This document shows positions 57,617 through 64,000 of a DNA stretch of 64,000 nucleotides, piece by piece. The stretch comes from Macrostomum lignano (taxonomy: Eukaryota): NCBI GenBank assembly GCA_002269645.1, contig NIVC01000962.1, forward strand, positions 306,756-370,755, read 5' to 3'. The notes below the pieces were generated by a model. It saw only the letters and a list, made by a program, of their open reading frames with translations. It had not been told where the DNA came from and did not search any database. How positions within the stretch are numbered: the stretch's first letter is position 1; every line of letters starts with the position of its first letter. The position numbers were made by a program, and so were the translations under genes.

Positions 57617-58235
57617 AATGAAGGCTTCGGGTGATTAAATTACAAAAAGTTCAATTTTCCGACACAGAAAAACATTAGCTAAGTATCACGCAGGCTGAGC
57701 TTTTTTGAAGTAAAGCAGGTGCAGTGGGCGAGCTCACGCGCTATATTGAGGGTTCATGGAAAGATTAAAATTTAAAAAGAAATCCACTTTTTGTCTAAAT
57801 TATTAGTTATTAAGCAAATAAAATATACCAAATTTAATTTATACTTTTACTAGAATCTATAATTGTAATAATTACAGAATCAACTCGCGCTTCTGAACTT
57901 GCTTCTGTGATTTTTGTTTTAATCTTTGAATAAATTTCATGCATTTTTCATTTTCACGCATTTTTCATTTTTCATTTTTCATGCAAATTTCATGCATTTT
58001 TATGATTTTTAGGTGCAGGAAATGTATATAGACTTAAAAATTGACACAGAATCCTTAATTTTCTGACGGAAAAGATTTTTGAATATCAATAGAGCTATAA
58101 GAAAGGCACAACGTACATATCAAAAGACGAACATTGGGTCTGCCTCCTATCTAAAGCAATAATAATTTTTGCTGAAAAATGAAAGCTTCCTATCTTCGTA
58201 GTGTATTTTTCGGCGAAAAGAATCCTTCAAAACAT

Positions 58236-58408
58236 TGTAGTGTGCGTACGCACAGTATGGTACGCCCGGGCAGTCTGATTGGCTGCGGAGTGGGGTGGGT
58301 GCCGCCACCCCAATTCTAACTCCATAATATATAGACGCGTGCCCAGCGCGGCGAGATTTGTAAGAGTTTGGCTACACAGCAAACACGGCCTCTGACTCAG
58401 TTACTACA
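58236..58408 (+). repeat. 5' LTR (173 bp)
   Basis: TGTAGTGTGCG...GTTACTACA, a direct repeat of 62670-62841; contains a TATATA-like box. Confidence 0.97.
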
Positions 58409-58440
58409 ATGGCGTCGCAAGAACTGAACCTTTAAAAATC

Positions 58441-61400
58441 ATGACTCAGCAAATTTCACTCGCGCCACCCGGGCCGTTTACAATCGATAGCGACTGCCAC
58501 TCCACAGCACAGCGCTGGACTGCATGGACTCGTCGCTTCGCCACGTACATCAATGCAGCTGGAATCACCGACAAGACTCGAGGGCAGCAGCTGCTGCTGT
58601 ACGCCGCAGGAGAGGAGCTGCAGGCTGTAGTCGAAGAGAACGAGATCGCCTCTGGATAGGACTACAGCAGCCTCGCGAAAAACATCCAGACGTTCTGGGA
58701 CGGGAAGAATAACATTTTGTTCCTGCGTTTCAAGTTTGAGACCTGCAGACAGCAGCCTGGCGAGCAGATCGACCAGTGGTATCAGCGTCTGCGCAAGGCG
58801 GCGGAGCAGTGTGAGTTCGGGACCCTCAGAGACTCGCTGATCCGTGACAAAATCGTCGCCTACTGCGAATCTGAGAGACTCAGGAGAGACTTCTTGCAGA
58901 CCAACAATATCTCCCTGGCAGATGTGCTCAAAAAGGCGAGGGCGAAAGAAGCCGCGGAGCAGCAGGCCACCGCGATGGAGAGCGACAGGCCAGGGGAACC
59001 GCAGCAGCTCGCAGCAGTCAGAAGAGACCAGAAGCCACAGATGCCGCAGACACCAACGCAGCACGTATCGTGCGATCGCTGCGGCAGGCCAGGGCACCCC
59101 ACGTGCACCGCAGCGCAGGGCAAGAGCTGCAGAAAGTGCGGGAAGCCGGGCCACTTCGCGCGAGCCTGCAGGTCCAAGCAGGGCGCCCCGCAGAGCGGCG
59201 CCGACGCCGTCGCAACGCTGCAAGGCGAGACCAGCTACCAGAAGGTGGACCACCCGGACTCCGGCGTGTTCGAGGTCGATCAGGGTGAGCAGTCGGCCCA
59301 CACAATAGCCGAGATCAACGGCTCCAGACTGTCGGTGTTGATCGACAGCGGTGCGGCTCGAAATGTGATCAACCGGGCCACGTTCGAGAGTCTGAGACAG
59401 CGGCCGCACCTGCAGACCACCTCGGACAGGCTGTTCGCGTACGGGTCGGACAGGCCGATGCAGCTGCTGGGCAAGGCGGCGATGGACGTCCGCATTTTCG
59501 GCCGGCAGGCAGTCGCCACGTTCCACGTCGTCGAAGGGAGAGGCATCACCATCATCGGCAGGCAGACGGCCACTCAGATGGACATCCTGCGGGTCGGGCC
59601 ACCACCGACAGCCGGACAGCAGGTGCTGCAGGTCGCTGAAGCGGAGGCGGCGGTCGATGGCCTTCTCAGCGGCACGAGATCCAGCGGAGTGCCTCAAGGA
59701 CACGTCAAGGACATCGGCAGGGTGCTGCGCAAGCACGCCAGCGTGTTCAGCGGAATCAGCTGCTTCACCGGGCCGCCTGCCGACATCCACCTCACCGACA
59801 GCGCCCGCCCGGTCTGCCATGCGCCTTCGAAGGTGCCGATCCACCTGGCAGACGCGGTGGACAAGGAACTGCAGTTGTTAGAGCAGCTCGGGATCATTGA
59901 GCCCGTCGACGGCCCGGCGCCGTGGGTCGCGCGGATGGTCGTCGTGCCCAAGAAGGAGCCGGGAGAGGTGCGCATCACGCAGGACCTCCGCGATGTCAAC
60001 CGCTTTGTCATCCGCGAGCGACACCAGATTCCGACTTTCGAGGAGGTGACCGGGGACATGGCTGGCAGCACTGTGTTCTCAGAGCTGGACATCGCGAAGG
60101 CGTTCTACCAGGTGCCTGTCGCCGAGAAATGCCGCAACCTGCTAACATTCTCGACGCCTCGCGGGCTTCGCCGTCTCACCCGGCTGTGCATGGGCCTGTC
60201 CACCTCCCAGGAGATCCTGCAGAATGTGATGAGTCGAGTGCTGGCTGGTCTGCCCAACGTCAAATGGATCCACGACGACGTGGTCGTGTTCGGCCGCACG
60301 ATGGCGGAGCACAACAGCAGCCTCGAGGCATGTCTGGCCCGCCTGGCGCAGCATGGCATCACGCTGAACGCTCGGAAATGCCGACTGGCGCGCAGCAGCA
60401 TCGAGTTCATGGGAATGCGGCTCACGGCGGAAGGGGTCCAGGCCACGGAGAGCAAGGTCGCCGCCGTTCAAGACTTCAAGGAGCCCGAGTCGATTGGGCA
60501 GCTTCGCTCATTCCTGGGCCTCGTGAACTACCTCGCCGTGTTCACGCCACAGCTGGCCAAGGTGGCGGAGCCGCTGCGGCGCCTGACCAGGAAGACCGTC
60601 GACTGGCAGTGGGGCGCCGACCAGGCCAGCGCCTTTGAGCAGCTGAAGCGCAGCATCGCGGAGCCGACAACGCTGGCTTTTTACGACAAGCGGCTACACA
60701 CGCAGCTGATTGTGGACGCGGGGCCGACCGGACTGGGCGCCATCCTGGCGCAGGTGCAGCGCGACGGCAGCTCGAGGCCGGTCGCATACGCCAGCCGGAC
60801 CCTCTCCGATGTCGAGCGGCGATATTCGCAGACCGAGAAAGAAGCACTCGCCGTGAAGTTCGGCTGCCTGAAGTTTGAGTACTACCTGCATGGATCGCCC
60901 CAGTTCACAGTGGTCTCTGATCACAAGCCGCTGACGGCCATGTTCGCGCCTGGGTCGCGGCCGCCTCCACGAGTCGAGCGAATGGCGCTGAGGATCCAGC
61001 ACCTAGTGTTCAAGGTCGAGTATCAGCCGGGAGCCTCCAATGCTGCAGATGTACTCAACAGGCAGCCCCTAAGTGAGCACGACGGAAGTTTTGGCGAGCA
61101 GCGGAGGGAGGCCTACATCAACGAGGTAGCGCAGGCGGCTGTGCCGATGGCGCTGACACTCCAAGACATCCGCAAGAGCTCTGCCAGCGACCCAGTCATC
61201 CGGGCGGCGATAGCGGCGACGCAAGGCGGTCGGTGGGATCGCTCCAACCCCGAGATGCGCTCGCTCCACGCGCTGCGAGAGGAGCTGTCTGCGGTTGACG
61301 GGGTCCTCCTTCGACACCACCGAATCGTCGTGCCAGCTGATCTGCGGCAGCAGATGCTCGAATTAGCGCATCAAGGGCACCAGTGCTCGCAGAAGACGAT

Positions 61401-62443
61401 CGCCAGACACTGCACGAAGGTCTGGTGGCCGAGGATGGCAACTCAAGCGGAGGAATTCGTCAGTCGATGCCGCAGCTGCGCCGTCACGTCGCACACGCCA
61501 GCCGTCCGGGCCACGCCTCTGCAGCCGACGCCGATCCCGCGGGCGCCTGGCTGTCGATCGGCGCCGATTTCGTGGGACCCATCAACAACAACATGCTGCT
61601 GGTGTGCGTGGACCGCCACTCAAGGTTTCCGGAGGTGCAGCTCATGCAGACGACGACGGCCGAGGCATTGATTCCCCGCCTGCGAGAGATGTTCGCCCGC
61701 TTCGGGATCCCACAGGAGCTCGTGACAGATAATGGACCACCTTTCTCGTCCAAGGAGTTCGGCCGGTTCCTGGCGAGCTACGGGATCAAGCACCGCCTCA
61801 TCACGCCTACTACCCAGCGGCCAACGGCATGACAGAGCGACTGAACCGCTCCATCAACAAAGTCGTGCGAGCAGCCATCGAGGAGCGGCGGGACTGGAGG
61901 GCCGCTCTGGACGAGTGGCTGCTGGCCTACAGGAACACGCCGCACACGGCCACCGGGCGCGCACCAGCCGAGCTGCTGATGGGCCGGCGGCCAAACGACA
62001 TCATCCCCGCCGCCCGGCCGTCCCAGCGAGTCCGCATCAACGAGCAGCGGCTGAGAGAAGCCGACGCTGGCGCCAAGGCGGCGATGAAGCAGCACGCGGA
62101 CGCAAAAAGGCGACCACGGCGGCACGACGTCCAGGTCGGCGACTCGGTGCTACGACGGCGGGTCGGTGCCAGCAAGACGCAGACGCCATTCGAGAGCGGT
62201 GCCTGGACAGTCCAGCGGGTGGCCGGCAACTCGCTGCTGCTACGCCGGGACGGCACGACCTGCTGGCGGCACTGCACGGCGGTCAAAGTCGTCAGCCCCG
62301 ACTTGGCCGACGCCGGCGCCCAGACGCAGACCGCTACACCGAGAGCTTCGGGCGAGGCGGCCCGAGATCCACCCGCCTCCCCCGTGGCGCTGCGCCCGCA
62401 CCCCCGCGCTGCTCGGGCGGGCGTGAAAATCTACAAGGACTGA
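58441..62443 (+). pseudogene. gag-pol polyprotein, interrupted as assembled by an in-frame TAG at 58657-58659 and 1-bp frameshifts near 61537 and 61806
   Basis: Gag zinc knuckles CDRCGRPGHPTC and CRKCGKPGHFARAC; protease IDSGA; RT IHDD; RNase H VDAG/YSQTEKEALAV/SDHKPL; integrase HHCC plus GADF, TDNG and MTERLN (DDE), which fall in three different frames. Confidence 0.9.
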
Positions 62444-62669
62444 ATTTGAAATCCTGCAATGACTGAAATTAACTGACTTTCTTTTCCGTAATATGCGGAC
62501 TGAAGTTTTTTTACGTTTTTGCTGCATTCAATTCAAATATTTTATTTCCTCAATATTTTAATCTCCATTTTCAATGCGCATCATCGTGTGAATCTTTCGA
62601 ACTTTGTATTTTCGAGTTACGTTTAAATCGATTTTCTTCTCTCTCAGTCTCTATTCGAAAGGGGAGAGA

Positions 62670-62841
62670 TGTAGTGTGCGTACGCACAGTATGGTACGCC
62701 CGGGCAGTCTGATTGGCTGCGGAGTGGGTGGGTGCCGCCACCCCAATTCTAACTCCATAATATATAGACGCGTGCCCAGCGCGGCGAGATTTGTAAGAGT
62801 TTGGCTACACAGCAAACACGGCCTCTGACTCAGTTACTACA
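62670..62841 (+). repeat. 3' LTR (172 bp)
   Basis: Direct repeat of 58236-58408, preceded by the polypurine tract. Confidence 0.97.
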
Positions 62842-64000
62842 AACATTTTCCATGGATTTCGAGTGTTGCGTCCTTCTACTTTTTAGTAGCACTTGGCCCA
62901 GAGATGTATAAATACACATATACATGTACATGTACGATCGAGTAGCCTGAATATGAGAACATACATTTAATGCACCCGCGTACTGTACATGTACTAATGC
63001 GTCTGTGTGGCTGCTCGGAGACCATGCAGCAAAAATGATAAACTGTACTGTAACTGCTTGCTTGATCCAATTCAATTGCTGGCTGGCTGGGGGCCGCGTC
63101 AGCTGTGACCCGCAAGTGCTCAAAGCCTTCTGCAAACAGACAAATTAAACCAAAATCAATCATCTATCTGCTTGCCTCGCATAACTGGCCAACAAAAATC
63201 TTTAAACAGCAGGAAGGTTGCTTTTAAAGAAAAAAATAATTCACAGAGGTAATTAAAATAAGATTTGATTATTGTAATATTTATATATTTAAATATTAAA
63301 TAGAAAGAACAATGTGTACCTGAAATAACAATTTTAAGTTTATTACTGGTAATTAGTTAATTATAAATATTAATTTAATGCTGAATAAATGATTTACGAT
63401 AAAATAAAAATTTAATAGTCCTGGAAAATACTCGTAAAATGTGTCTCAAAAGCAAGCCAAAAACAAAGATCTTGACTAAAATATCAAAGATTGACCATTC
63501 TGCAGGAAATTCTGAAGAGTCTTTAACAGTAGAATAATAAGCCATTTTTCGGCCCGTCGAACTACCAAGAGGGGGAATTCCCCCCCCCCCCCAACAATTT
63601 TTTTGCTGCGCCTTATTGGAGCAACGCAGGCACACGAAATTCAAGAACACGGGCCAACTTTCTGTGCGCACCTTTTCAAAAAAGAATCAAGTCGCCAGCC
63701 CTCCAGACCGTCGAGATATTCAACGATTCTGCCAGAAGGTCGGATTTTTCCCATAAGTGCCAGTGTATTCAGTAGTGTATTCAGGCTTGCCCACTGTCGA
63801 GGCTTTGATAGGCGAAACTTGAGAAATTCGCATCAGGGTGCCATAGTCACCTGGTGCCACCTGTTGAAGGTCCAGAAGCTCCGCCTGGGTGAAGGCTAGT
63901 AACCAACGAAGTTACAGCTGATGCAGACACATGTGGTCGACGTGCTGATGAAATTTTGGAGGCTTGCAGGCTGCACTGAGGCGCAGTGCTGATTGGCGCA

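Larger units (their letters stand above)
58236..62841 (+). mobile_element. Ty3/Gypsy LTR retrotransposon (Mag-like), 4606 bp, very young
   Basis: TG...CA LTRs identical except for a 1-bp G-run indel; 5-bp target-site duplication AACAT (58231-58235 and 62842-62846); TGG-starting PBS-like site at 58410; polypurine tract AAAGGGGAGAGA at 62658-62669; domain order gag-PR-RT-RH-IN. Confidence 0.97.

Noticed and set aside
58456-59844. 462-aa antisense ORF over gag-pol, and similar antisense ORFs over INTS8 and KRI1 exons
   Set aside because: Expected shadow ORFs of GC-rich coding sequence; no independent motifs.

Overview
Eukaryotic genomic DNA with GT-AG introns, GC-rich exons and minisatellite-packed introns. 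This style suggests a free-living flatworm such as Macrostomum, but that is inference and cannot be proven from the window. I could reconstruct six spliced or single-exon genes by hand: the 5' part of a cyclooxygenase (PTGS/COX, minus, runs off the window start), INTS8 (minus, 7 exons), UQCR11/QCR10 (plus), BTF3/NAC-beta (plus, 2 exons), KRI1 (plus, 6 exons) and a class I myosin of MYO1D type (minus, 10 exons). Mobile DNA includes a full-length mariner in KRI1 intron 3, a very young Ty3/Gypsy LTR element just upstream of MYO1D, two copies of one tRNA-derived SINE, several MITEs, a non-LTR RNase H remnant, and an 8 x 273 bp array with a Helitron/Helentron-like hairpin. The most striking unexplained signal is an about 8 kb domain (about 17.2-25.4 kb) that has lost almost all CpG dinucleotides. 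Internal controls (a SINE pair, MITE arms, and INTS8 exon 1) show the loss is by CpG to TpG/CpA transition, while neighbouring DNA is CpG-rich. This points to sharply bounded germline methylation or deamination. A second theme is that several intronic minisatellites are tandem copies of splice signals, including about 25 AG|GT recursive-splice-like sites in COX intron 1. Nearly all long ORFs in the supplied track over repeats are artefacts. Gene identities rest on remembered motif similarity, not database searches, and coordinates were counted by hand.
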